Below, one piece after another: positions 51,101 through 62,749 of a DNA stretch of 64,000 nucleotides. Position 1 is the stretch's first letter. The number at the start of each line of letters is the position of its first letter. The position numbers and the translations under genes were made by a program. The stretch comes from Ramazzottius varieornatus (lineage: Eukaryota; Animalia; Tardigrada), in the NCBI GenBank assembly GCA_001949185.1, contig BDGG01000016.1:699839-763838 (forward strand), written 5' to 3'. Under the pieces are notes generated by a model. It was not told the DNA's origin. It saw only the letters and a program-made list of their open reading frames with translations, and made no database searches.

Positions 51101-51958
51101 ATATCGTCCGTTCTTTTCTTCATAGGAATTTTACAGAGCGAAATGTTTGCCATTGAGAAAGTTGAGCAATTACGTAGCTTGAATGAATGATTGGCTAAGC
51201 GCAGCCAAGACGAGCATGATCAGGCAAGCTTTGATAATATGACTACGCAAAAGATCGGCACAATATCATAATTTTCACCTCAGAAAGCACAAGCTAATGG
51301 TTCGCCATGCCTGACGAGGATAAACTGTAATGGTCAGTCATGTGTCCCTTCTGTTTCATCCATTGGGTAATCGGCTTCCTACAGCGTGTAAAGTTAACAC
51401 AGCTCAGCCGGCCGATCGGGTCGATCGAGCGCAACCATCAACACTGCGCCGCTTTTCATCCATCCACAAACAAAATACCCAAACACGATCCACCACCAAC
51501 AAACTACAAATCTGCCACTGTTTATTTGCCCCATTCTTACAATCCCCCAAACCTATTCATCGCCGTTCCAAAACACGACGATAACCTCAACAGCTCAACC
51601 TTCAAGAAAAACCTTCCGGATTTTTTTATTACTTTTTCAATATTTCCCCACAACATTCTACAAATTTTCCCGCCCGCGGAAAACTAAGCTACAGACTCTG
51701 CGGAAAGGCTTTGCGTTGAAATTCACTCACTTCGCCCACGCGCGGTTTGTCCACACCGGACAGAACAGAACGCATATCCGCGTTACGGAAGTTCAGTCAA
51801 AATATATTGATTTTATTTTACGTTTTACTGGACATACGTTTTTTGCCTCTGCCTCCACCACCACCGCCGCCATTTCCTCCTCCTCCAGCGCCGCCGCCGC
51901 TTCCATGCGAGCCCATCTCATCCTGCATGTGCGGTATGGGTCCACTGGTCAAATCCAT
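30132..51958 (-). CDS. Pax2/5/8: Pax2/5/8 paired-box transcription factor, multi-exon with two candidate first coding exons
   Basis: Paired-domain exons 38441-38276 ([42 protein letters not shown]) and 36189-35992 ([43 protein letters not shown]). Octapeptide YSINGILG in 34340-34084. C-terminal [11 protein letters not shown] and PTYYY exons, stop ~30132. Phase-1 first exons at 41688-41532 and 51958-51838. Confidence 0.93.
30250..30374. repeat. 125-bp palindrome family copy (Pax last intron)
   Basis: GATCGTATCCCAAGTGGCGCAC-25nt-GTGCGCCACTTGAGAAAACGATCTTG..CATTTGCCCGCGTCCCA. Confidence 0.92.
30651..30761. repeat. Palindrome family copy (Pax intron; right arm internally deleted)
   Basis: TGGGACGTGAGCGAATGA..AAGTGGCGCAC-25nt-GTGCGCCACTT..TCATTCGCCGGCGTCTCA. 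Confidence 0.87.
39413..39585. repeat. Palindrome family dimer (Pax intron)
   Basis: Core pairs at 39451/39487 (25 nt) and 39524/39559 (24 nt); 73-bp period. Confidence 0.82.
40537..40661. repeat. 125-bp palindrome family copy (Pax intron)
   Basis: TGGGACGTAGGCAAACGAA..CCCAAGTGGCGCAC-25nt-GTTCGTCACTTGGGAAAACGA..TTCAATTCATTTGCCCA. Confidence 0.88.
45026..45143. repeat. 125-bp palindrome family copy
   Basis: TGAGACATCGGCAAACGAATT..CCCAGGTGGCGCAC-25nt-GTGCGCCACTTG. Confidence 0.87.
45931..46056. repeat. 125-bp palindrome family copy
   Basis: TGGGAAGTCAGCAAATGAAT..AAGTGGCGCAT-25nt-GTGCGCCACTTGAG..CATTTGCCGACATCCCA. Confidence 0.9.
46980..47104. repeat. 125-bp palindrome family copy
   Basis: GGTGGCGCAC-24nt-ATGCGCCACTTGAGACGACGATCTCG..TGCCCAGCTCCCA. 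Confidence 0.82.
47885..48007. repeat. 125-bp palindrome family copy
   Basis: CAGTGGCACAA-24nt-GTGCGCCACTTGGATAAACGATCT..ATCATTTGCCCACGTCCCA. Confidence 0.85.
49313..49422. repeat. Palindrome family copy (left arm shortened)
   Basis: TGGGAAGCTGGCAAAC..GAGTGGCACAT-24nt-GTGCGCCACTTGAG..GTTTGCCGCCCTCTCA. Confidence 0.8.
50306..50510. repeat. Palindrome family dimer
   Basis: Left cores at 50346 (AAGTGGCGCAA) and 50424 (degenerate); 78-bp period; ends ..CTCGTTTGCCGACCTTCCG. Confidence 0.75.
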
Positions 51959-54900
51959 TTGAACCATTGGTGTGGAGTTCTTGCCGGGTTGTATGCAACA
52001 GGTGGTCGTCACTGCAAAACTAACAAACGCGAAAAATAAGCCACGCGTCCACAAAAGTCAACTGGGCGTGACAAATAAGCAAAAGGCTCTTTGGATATGG
52101 GCTAGTAAGGCCAAACAGTGCTATACTACACTAGAGTCCCGACGAAACTTTCATCCTTGGACAAACACACCGGTAAAGCTTCACTAATCAAGGAGCGAGG
52201 GCCAAGACGATCGCTATGGCTCGTCAGACACTTCGGCAATGAAGAGTTTAAAATTGCTCGGCCGAAAGGAAGGAAAGACTCTAGCAGAGAATATAGAGCG
52301 TTGCAACGGACCACTAGTTCCGTGCAGGCAGGTACAGTAAAAATTCTGCGTACTTTACCTACTCGAGCTGAGCTGATCGCCTTGTCAACGTTCAACCAAC
52401 TCACCTTCGACTCTTCGTGTACCGTACTTACGTGGCTGCAGGGCTGGCTGTACCTACAAAGACAAACCAGGCGGTGTCACTTGGCGTTACGCTGCCAGAT
52501 TGGGCGGGGATGAATTTTACAGGTTGACGAAGTATCAGTTCACTGCGCTAGCTGTGCACTTTTAACTTGCAGCGTCTCGTCGTACCTGTACGAGTGGGCT
52601 TACCGGTACCGTGCGGGTATCATCACCAGAGTGTCTTCTTCTACTTCTTCGTGTAGCGACTTTGCTCGCGCTGCCGTGCTTGGCTTGACCTGTAATGATA
52701 GCAGAGAAGACATTCATTCTATTGATCTTGAAAACCCTTGCATGCGTAACGAATGATACGAAAACACGCAAAAACTGCACTTTTATTCGCAGATGCTCCT
52801 CACGAAGATCTGGCCTCGCCCCCAGCAGCACATCCCACGAACTTGGCTCCCGTTTTGACGTTTTAGAAATACAGCAAAATAACGAAATTCGTATGGTGCT
52901 CCTGTTTTGACAATTCGCATCTAACTTTACAGTGAAACCATCAGTTTAGTTTGCCATGGGCGAGCTTCGTCAATAGGCAGATGTTTGTACTTCCCACAGC
53001 TCACCAGACCTGCCAGTTATCGTGGAATTTCTCTACAGAATTTACTGGTTTTCGAACTTTGCCGCTGCTGGTTTTTTTTCGTAATAGCAAAATCGACTGC
53101 TGATTCTAGTGAAAAAGTACCGCCCGTAATACTGCCACGCAATTCCGTGCTTTCTGGTGTCCTGGTACAAGGTTTGAACTTCACATAAGGAAGAGATTCA
53201 TCACATCAAAACGAGTTTTACAAACGAGCAACCGAGTACAAGGCCACTGGACGTACACTGTCTGAATTGGAGATGATCCACCTCCTCCATAATTATCCGC
53301 TTGAGCTTTGAGCTCAGCGCTCGTTCTCAAGGCAAGACCAACTACACTTCTTACAAAGTACAGCCAGGTAGTCTAGTCATCGAGCACAATAAGAGCTTCT
53401 ATGTCCAAATCGACGTGCGTTCCTACTGGTACAGAATAGCCTCTCACATAAAAGGTTACAAAGTTCGCATCAGAATCCACCTTCGAGGAAAAGAAAAGGA
53501 GTCTCCTACCGACTATCAATATAACGCGTGGTCACAATCAAAAGAATGTTTCAATTCTTCAGATCCACTTTGTGCCCTCAGTCGTATCGTAAAATGGAAA
53601 TATCCGATTCTATTGACCCATCAGACAAAGACAAGACAACACTTCGCCTACAGCCATCATAACTGTGTGGTATATGCCGGACGATGGTCAAGCTGACACT
53701 GAATGACACTCTAAAGTTTCCCATGAAGGCATTCTTCACTTCCTTGTTCGCCCATCTTTGGACTAATGCTCAACACATCTACGAAGAATTCTCGATATTG
53801 TACAATAGAAGATGAGTGTATAGATTTGTCTCGATTGCCTTCGCATCGATGGTCCATTTCGACCATTTTGGCAACCAGAGGCAGATATACTCCTGTCAGA
53901 CCTGGGAGCTCTTCTTGGCCGGAGGGCTTTAAACTTTAATTGCACATGTCGCCCTCCTGCGATATCGCTAAATTGCATGTGATTCTCACCGCTTCACTTC
54001 TCAATCGACTTCATACCTTCAGGCTCTGAGCAATTTGCGAGCAGCACAAAAATGAGAATTCGAAAGGCGATATAAACTTCAGTTCAACGGAGATGGAAAG
54101 AAATTCACTTCGGACAACTTCACTTCACCAAACTGGCGCATGACCTCATCGCGGAGCTTTGACGTCCGGCGTCGGAAGAACTTCCTTAGAAAAATCAGTT
54201 TCCGAGGGGAAGCATTCTGTATTTTCCCTGAACACAGTCGAGCGGAAATAAAACTGGGAAAATGTTTCTTCAAGGTGTTATATTGCTTGCAGTGGAAAAG
54301 AATTTCTCTACCGGGTGCGCACGTTTAGAAGCATACCACTTCGACATATTTGCCTTGTTCCTATCTACAAGTTTCTCAGCAAAGTACAACAAGAGCCTAT
54401 GCTCGATAAAACTTCAAGGTGGCAATTAGTAAGAGCAATTTCGCACCCAAAGACCGACACGAGAATACGACTAACATGCAAATCTCGGTGTAATGACTGC
54501 GCGGGAACGCCCTTACTCGCCCCCTTCAAGGCTTCCTCTGATCCAGTGAAAAGTCCAAAAAATCCGTAGCCTCTAATTAACCTTAAACCGTCTCGACTTT
54601 TGCACTCGATTTCACTTGACTCGAAACTTCGAGCGCGAATATTGGTGAGGACTTTGCCTTTCTACTACTGCACTTCATCGCATCAGCATTCAAGAAACGT
54701 TCTTTCACGGAAGGGCGTTTCCCTTGCGTAAATCACGTCAACGTCGTCGGGCAATAGAGTCATGAGAACACTGGCTATAATCACGTGTAATAAAACAAAG
54801 GCATCATATTCGATTAGTAACGAGTAGCTTTGATCGTGAGAGAGATTTTCAAATACGTTAATAACGTTACTGCGTCTGTTTTGATGTGTCTGTTCGGACA

Positions 54901-56757
54901 AGTTTGTCTCAAAGCTCTCCGCCTTTTGAGCATGTTATTCTTTTGCGCACCTCCCATTATCCGCTTTGGCCATTACAAAATATGGGCTATAAAAGTTTTG
55001 CCGTGGATGTTGGTAACAACATAACAAGCCAATTGCCGGACAAAGTACTGGTAATGTTTCATCGACAATCACCCAGATCGTTATTATATTGACCACGCGT
55101 TGTCCTGCATCGCTAATGTGGTATCCTCGACCAGACAGCGCAGACATGTCTGGAAACCACTCCGTGTTCAAGCCGTTGATCACAACTCCCCGGAAGACCG
55201 GGAGCCACCGCTAGCACGTAAAAGGATTGATCACCCTGGGATTACCTTCAAGCCTTGGGATGAAATTTTAAATTTTCTGAATCGGAAGATCCGATCTGGA
55301 TCTTCGACCCAATGACTTTGTTTCCGGGTTATGATCGATAGCCTCACAGGATGCATGGAACGAAAGAAGATTTGCTTTCTGAAATCTCAACAAAATTCCA
55401 CCTTGCAAGTCCCTTCACTCAACCGTACAGCTCCTCGCTGATTCAAACTTGAAGTCAACGAAAGTTTCACTTCGAGACTCGTCGAGATCTCTTCATCCCA
55501 CATTTCAGTATTTCAATCAAAATACGTACTTCATATTCTGAAGTTGTTAGGGGCCCATCCCTCTCATTATGCAGTGTAATCAAAAGTTCGCAGACGTCAT
55601 CAAAAGCGCCGATGTTTGCTGTTTGATCCAAATGAGCTAAACCTACTGTAAGTAATAACAATCTGTGTAATGCATATTTCGGGTATCAAAATTTAGCCAT
55701 TTGACATATCATCGAAGCAAACCAACCACAGGAGGCATTATTCATTTAGGTGATATCCGAATGAAAGTCTGATGTGAAGTCAGACCTTGAGAAACTGTCC
55801 CTCCAATTTCCTGTTACCACGAAGCTAAACACCACCATCGTCTGGCCTGACTTCCCTTTCTTCTCCCTTATGCCTTACAGGCAAACACCCATAAAGATGG
55901 CCCACGAAGACAATCATGCAAGACAAGTTAACTTCCCGTAATCACTTTTAAAGTGTTTCCTAACTGCTCCATTGCTGCCGCGACTGTCTTCAGCAGTTAC
56001 CGCACCTTCTCCGTTCCTATGAGAAATTTTAAAATAGAGCAGAAGATCCCGATGATAATCACAGGCTGGCGGCATCCATGCCGTTCATTCATAATACACA
56101 CACCGGTCACCGGATATGCAAAATTGTTGAACTGACCACCCCATAAACGACTAACCCACATCCGAAACCATCACAGCTACCTGCCCAACCATGTTTGTTA
56201 CCCTGAGAACCATTCATAGAACTCGAGTGAGACCGTTGGTCGAAGATACCCATATCGATCTTATGACATCTTCCCCACTCATTCTAAGATACGTTACTGT
56301 AACAAAGCCTGCCCTAGAATATTCATGCCGCCCACCGTACCATATCCATCACGTAAAACTTCGAAGGAGAAGGAGAAGAACCCACAGAGTCTTGATGCGA
56401 AGCCCCGGTCATCTCACGGTTGTCTCCTGACGAAGCGCTTTACTGAACAGGGAATAAAGCCCGTCGTACGTTGCAGTTGCAAAATCCCCATCTTGTCCTT
56501 CTCAAGGGCGACGCGATTATGAACCCACCGTAGGAGGCCCGAAAAGATGAACACGACATTAGGGAACGCTGGTTTACCTACGTGAACTTACAGAAAGTTA
56601 AGACTTCATCATTCCCGAAACCCCTGGGTTCGTGAAGATGATAGCACTGTGCCGGAGGGTTGGAGGAAACCATCTGGGAAGTTCTGGACTTCGGAGAGAG
56701 CATAGCCAACGGGAATTGCGGGATGCGAGCAGAGAGATTTCAAGTGAGAAATAGCAG

Positions 56758-56766
56758 ACCGGAAGT
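56758..56766 (+). promoter_or_regulatory. Candidate ETS site upstream of PPAN
   Basis: ACCGGAAGT ~260 bp before the ATG. Motif match only. Confidence 0.35.
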
Positions 56767-57023
56767 TGCGCTTGACGCTCGTTGACGGATCCGCTGCTTG
56801 TTGATCGTTTCAGTCATTGGAAGCGGAACGGACGTTTCGCAATAGGTGCAAGAATACAGCGGGATACCTTGATTATTGATCAGACTACATTCCGCAACGG
56901 AAATTTCAATACTTGGAAAATTTTCTTCTAGCTTTTCCTCCTCCATCTTCCGCACTTCTCCGGCTGTGAGAAGACTTCGGAATATCGTCAAACTCACTTA
57001 TAGCACTTGGATTGTCTATCATC

Positions 57024-59987
57024 ATGGCGCGGAAACGAAAGGTAAAAATCAGCTGGCGTTCAGTGGAAGTTTGAAGTCAGCTGGTGGATCTGCGTCAATC
57101 CTGATTCTTGAACCTTGTTTCCAGGGACGATCGCAAGTTGCCGCAAAGGCGAAATCCGCCACAGAACCGGAAGAGCTCAGCCGAGCCCCTCATACTTTCG
57201 TCATCAAAAGAGGCTCTGTGGGAAGGAGCGTTAATAACTTGCTGACCGACGTGAGGAAAGTCATGGAGCCGTACACTGCGTCTCAGCTGAAGGTAGATCC
57301 GTGCTGTGTATGACGTCTATCGTGCACATCTCTTACCGTTACCGCTAAACGTTGCTCGTGACGTCATGCGTCCCTGCACATTATGACCTGAAAAATCGTT
57401 ACAATAACAGTTCGACATTGTCACTGCGGCATTCGCTTGTTCTGATCTTGTGCTCATTCCTTTTCTGTTCTAGGTTGGTAAGAAGAATGTAATGAAGGAT
57501 TTCGTCTCGGTTGCCGGACCACTTCACGTTTCCCACATGATGGCTTTCAGTAAGTCGGAAAAGTCGCCGTTCCTTCGCATCATCAGAATTCCTCGAGGTC
57601 CGACTTTGACCTTCCGGATTGACAAGTTCAGCCTGATGCGAGACGTCGTATCGTCTCTGAAGAAGCCACAGAACCATCCGAAGCAGTATGATAATCCACC
57701 GTTACTTGTGCTAAACAACTTCAGCACAGAGAAGATGGAGACCAAGCTGACAACGGCCGTCCTTCAAAGCATGTTTCCCAGCCTGAATGTGACCAAGGTA
57801 TATTCCGCTGAGCCTTTTGCAATACTGCCCATATTTCATACTAGTGAGGCCTTGTTTTGGTAGATCAAACTGAACCAGGTTCGCCGATGCGTCTTGTTCA
57901 ATTACGACCCGGAAACTGAGCTAATAGAATTCCGTCATTAGTAAGACATCCTGAAATATCCATTCAAAAGAATTCGTTTGGCAGTGCCGTGTGTAACCTG
58001 AATGTGGAAGAATGTTCCATGCTATCTTTTTTTGTAGCAATGTGCGGGCAGTTCCCCACGGAGTTTCACGGACAGTAAGGAAGATTGTGAAGGGAAAAAT
58101 TCCCGACATGAGTCGACATCAGGATATTGCCGACTTCCTCAGCAAGTAAGTACATAAACCGAAAATAAATCTGTTGAGGGTTTTTCCATTGAAGCTTCAA
58201 GTGTTCTAAGCCTCGTGAACGTCTTACGAATGATTTTCGATCTGTAGAGGTGTAGATGCAGCTGAAAGTGAAGGGGAAGACAACGATCCGGACAACAGGG
58301 TAGCTTTGCCACAAGACATCAGCACTCGAGGGAACATGGCGAACCAGCTAAGTTCCATTCGCTTGACGGAGCTGGGTCCGCGCATGACTTTGGAGCTGAT
58401 CAAAATTGAAGAAGACATCTCTACGGGAGAAGTCTTGTACCACAAGTTTATCCATAAGACCGAGGAAGAGATTAAGAACGCACGAGCAGCCAGGCTTCTG
58501 CGACAGTAAGTTTTCGAAGCAGGAACTGGAACCTTGGCTAACAGACTTGACAAGATCGCTTTTCGAAGTGGCGCCCACTATGAGCCAATAACCTCGAAAA
58601 AGTGCGCAACTTGGGAACACAGTAGTTTGTCGAGTTTTCTCCAGACTCCCAGTTATAAAAGATGAAAGTGTCAGAAAATTAATTTTTATGCAGAATTTAG
58701 TAACGAATGGAGAGGGTAGCAAACTAATACGTAAGTTGTAAGTTATCAGCTCGATTCAGCAAAGTTGACACTGTTTTTCTAAAAAATCAATTCTTCCTCA
58801 CCTACCTCGCTTATGCACCAAAACGACGCTCAAACTAATGAGCAAACTCCTTGTACGATATGAGCACAAAAAAGCTGTATACGACAAACGGTTAAAAAAA
58901 TATGAGATCAAGCATAACGCGCACTTTCCTGAAACCTGTGAAAACATGCGCGCCAAATGACCGGGGCAAAAGGTTTTTCCCAGAAGAAAAATTAAGATCT
59001 TTCAAGGCTTAGCTTTGTTTCTCAAACGACTGATGCCAAACTGGAGCCCACTAAACTAGCTCCAAGAATCATGCTTTGAGAGCTTCTTTCATGCTAGAGA
59101 CTTGGAGCTGGAAAATTCTCAACGAAATCACAAGCAGAATCTCATTACGCGTTTCAGCACCAAGTTTTAAAAATGAGTTTGCCAGACAGATTTTCATTGA
59201 AACAGGTTGAAAGCGAGTCTGTTACACGCAGAATAAGTTGGAAAACGAAGAACCAAGTGAAATTTAATGAATACCGAAGACTTGCGTTTTTTGAGGGGTG
59301 AAGTGTGAACGACAGGGTCAACTTTGCTGAATGGGGCTGTAGATTGCTTTTATTTTTTCCAGGACGAGGAAAGCTGACTTGAGTAGACAACAAGAGCGTA
59401 ACGTCGAAAGGAAGAACGAAGTGGCTGAAGAACATCGTGAGAAAGTCCGTCAGGGTATCAAGCGCAAGTTCGGCGAAGCTACGCAAGTAGTTGAAGAAGA
59501 CAAGGACGATGAGTACGATGACGGATACGTCGAGAAGGAATACCCATCCGATGACGACGACGAAGCCTGGTACGAAGAGGAAGTGGGTGAGAAGCCTGAA
59601 GAAGGCATGCTGGGCAACCCGAACAGATCGGGCTTCCGACGAGGCGGGAGAGGTGGACGTGGAAGAGGCTTCGGACGTGGAAGAAGCTTTGGACGAGGAG
59701 GTCGGCCTCGCGGAGGTGGCAGTGTCAGGTTCGACGGTGGTTCGAGAGACGAAGGAGGTGGCGGGTATCGCGGCAGGTCGAGCGACAGAGAAAGCTCGCG
59801 TGGACGTGATGGCTTCCGTGGAAGTTCCCGTGGGGGCGGAGGTTTTCGCGGCAGTTATCGTGGTGGTGGCAGAGGGTCTCGAGGAGGTGACTCTGGACGG
59901 TCAAGGGGAGGGGATCGAGGTGGACGAGTTGGTGGAAGACCGTTCAATAAAGCTATCGCTTTCCGCAGAAAATCGTCGTCACGTTGA
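57024..59987 (+). CDS. PPAN: Peter Pan / Ssf1 Brix-domain ribosome biogenesis factor, multi-exon, with RGG-rich C-terminus
   Basis: MARKRK|GRS..RAPHTFVIKRG..DVRKVMEPYTASQLK; KDFVSVAGPLHVSH..PRGPTLTF..PPLLVLNNF..QSMFPSLNV; IEFRHY; SIRLTELGPRMTLELIKIEE..GEVLYH; DDEAWYEEEVGEKPE. Confidence 0.95.
58527..58651. repeat. 125-bp palindrome family copy (PPAN intron)
   Basis: GACAAGATCGCTTTTCGAAGTGGCGCCC-25nt-GTGCGCAACTTGGGAA..ACTCCCA. Confidence 0.83.
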
Positions 59988-60182
59988 TGACCTTTTTCAA
60001 CATCTAATCAATGACTGTACCTGGCCCGTTTATCAGTCCAAATTTTCTTCGAGTTTCATTGATGTTAGACTTTCTTATCATAAAGGGAGGAAGATGCGTT
60101 GGTTTATTGAGTTTGTTTTTAACTTCATTTTCTGAGATCAATCCTGAGCACTGTAGTGCTGCTGAACCGCGCGTCCATCTGA

Positions 60183-62528
60183 CGAGGGGACTGGCACTGT
60201 CCTCCCGTCTTGATTCAGAAACTGAGACGGTAGCAAGGTAGAGGAGAGTTTTCTCCATCGACTGAGACAGGCGGAATCGGCGGAAGAAAATCCTGGAAGA
60301 CACAGCAGCAAGCGGAAGTGACGTCAGAATCTGGGCGGTACATGGCTGGTTTATCAGACCGTTTCGATCTGTAACAAAATTTAAGGCAAAAGTATCAAGG
60401 AAGATAAGTTTTACAGAAGTGATATCTTTCGTAAAAGTGATGGAAGCACAAAGGAGCAAAAACACCAACCGCACTTGAGAAGCAGAGAGCGCTTACAATT
60501 ATCACGATCACAATGGCCAGTAATTCCGTCAAAACAGTGTTCGGTAGGGATCACATACGTGAAGGACTTGTCAGTATCCTGATAAGTGCCCAGCTTGAGC
60601 AATCAGGTTGTCGAACCTGGGAGAAGTAAACTGTCGGTAGATCAAAGAGTAAAGCTTAAGAATTACGTCTCGGTGGTGGACTTGAACCGGCTGATCATTC
60701 AGAAATATCCAGTTGGAAATCTTTCGGTAGTATCCCTTGTACATGCTGAAACAGAGGACATCAAGTGGCTGGATTTGACCGGTTACTTTGGGCGGAATTG
60801 TGATCATCTCGTACTCGAGCTCTTCGGGTCTGACTTCTTCCACAGCGTCTTGATCAGCAAACGTCGGCCAAGAATCGGCTAGAAATACAGTGATCATTCA
60901 TATGCGGGAAGAAAACTTTCTCGCACCATTCGATGAACAGTTGCTTGGTCATCTTGCCGGAAGTCGAAGCGGTGACATGCAGATTGCTAGCCTTAAACAT
61001 GGTTCGTTTCACTATCCGCCCAAGGACACCCTTGTCTTGTTGCAGCGTGAGGAAAGAACTGGGAGAAATTTTCGAGTACCTGGAGGCACGCACATCATTA
61101 CCGTATAGCTCTGGGTCATCGAGTTCTCTGACCCGGTGAGTGCCAAAACATGCTTTGCGCCGACAAAATCCAGAGTTCAACCTGGACGCCTCTCATATCC
61201 GAAGCCCGATTGGTCAGCGTTCCATAGTCCATTCCATAGGCTTGAATGCGTGATCTGACTAGAGCAACGCATTCATCCGTACTTTTCTCTATTTCCAGTT
61301 CTTAGAGGTACTTTTCAGTAACTAACTTCGGATCTTGTCACAATCGCCATAGTGTCTACAAGAGAGAACAACAGGATGATATTTCGCTTGATAGTGTCCG
61401 TACTTGTTTCTCGACTCACACATACCGTTTGAATTTCGCAACCCACCGAGACGAAGCTGTAAAGCCAACCAGATCGATTTCTCGGTTTGCCGTGTTTGCC
61501 CATCGCTGGATGTCCTTGTCTTTTATGACGTGAGGTTGCTGCTTGGCGCTCCCAAACGTATCGCTTTCAGCTTACCAATTCGTGAACCTCCTTCGGCTAA
61601 CTGTCGCTTCGATTCGATCAGCTGACGTATACTGGTGACCTTCTTAAATCTGGAGGCTGGACAGACTGCGACGCTTCTTAGTGACTGGCTCAGTCCAGAA
61701 ATTCACGGCCCGTTTTTTGTAGTCAACGTCGGCTGCTTGGTCAAATGGAACTCTGGGATTCGGCATTCTAGGGAAGAACAGCTCGTGCGACGACGGCTCA
61801 GTTTCGTTGGATGGAGGTTCGTAGTTCGTGAGACGATCGTCTGCAGCAGCCTCGAAATCATCTTCGGTATGACCATTCAACAGGTTGGTTTCAGCAATGG
61901 ACTTTTCCGACTCATCGAATGTTGACAAGTTATTCGGCACCTAGTACTGAAAGTCCTCCTCGGTAGCCAAGACTGAATAGCCACCCTGGCTGATATGAGT
62001 GCCCAGAAATTCTAAAAGAACAAAATCAACCCGTATGTTCCGCAGTGGGAACATCACCAGTAATAATCAGTACCTTTGATGAGCGTTTTCAACAACTGAC
62101 CTGCTGCACTTGAAGTATCGCTTGACTGGAAGTGCTGTTCGTAATCCGTCTCCGGAAGCTTGAGGATGTTCATGGGATTGACGGAATCCATATCGACAGT
62201 TGCTTCGGGTTATGAAGAAGAAGAAGTAGAAGAATGTCTACAGTATACATCATTAAGCGCATCCGTTTGGTGAACACCAGCTGATCTTACGCGATACAAT
62301 GCAGTTTAGTCAATCAACACGCCGATCAACCACCAGGTAATTAAACCTCTTGATTAACGGAACAGCCATGTACCGCCCAGATTCTGACGTCACTTCCGCT
62401 TGCTGCTGTGTCTTCCAGGATTTTCTTCCGCCGATTCCGCCTGTCTCAGTCGATGGAGAAAACTCTCCTCTACCTTGCTACCGTCTCAGTTTCTGAATCA
62501 AGACGGGAGGACAGTGCCAGTCCCCTCG
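60183..62528 (-). mobile_element. Tc4/Tc5-like (pogo-related) DNA transposon with disrupted transposase
   Basis: 166-bp TIRs (60183-60348, 62363-62528) starting CGAGGGGA; TGA duplication within a C-TGA-G (CTNAG) target. Minus-strand DDE_1-like fragments (VTASTSGKMTK, FLADSW, IPPKVTGQIQPLDV) lie in different frames. Confidence 0.92.
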
Positions 62529-62749
62529 TGAGACCAAGCTGCCATAGAATCCGCATCATCAAGATACGGACTCTCCACCAAGATAACGCGCCGATTCCGG
62601 CACGAGAGGGCTGGGTTCGATTTTGCGAAGTTTGCTTTTTGGTTTTCCAACAAGCTATAATTGTCACTACGTAGTGCCTTTCAACCCAAAATGCACGTTC
62701 ATCAAAGGTACACTCAAAGGATCATCTAGCATAATTATGGGGGGAAAAA

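Noticed and set aside
53220-55320. Possible degraded gene (131-aa ORF at 53301; faint F-box-like REIFKYV at ~54840)
   Set aside because: No coherent splice model or convincing motif; cannot be supported without a homology search.
59491-60474. 214-aa alternative-frame ORF over the PPAN tail and 156-aa ORF over the left TIR
   Set aside because: By-products of G-rich low-complexity coding sequence and of the TIR (the same peptide reappears at 62408).
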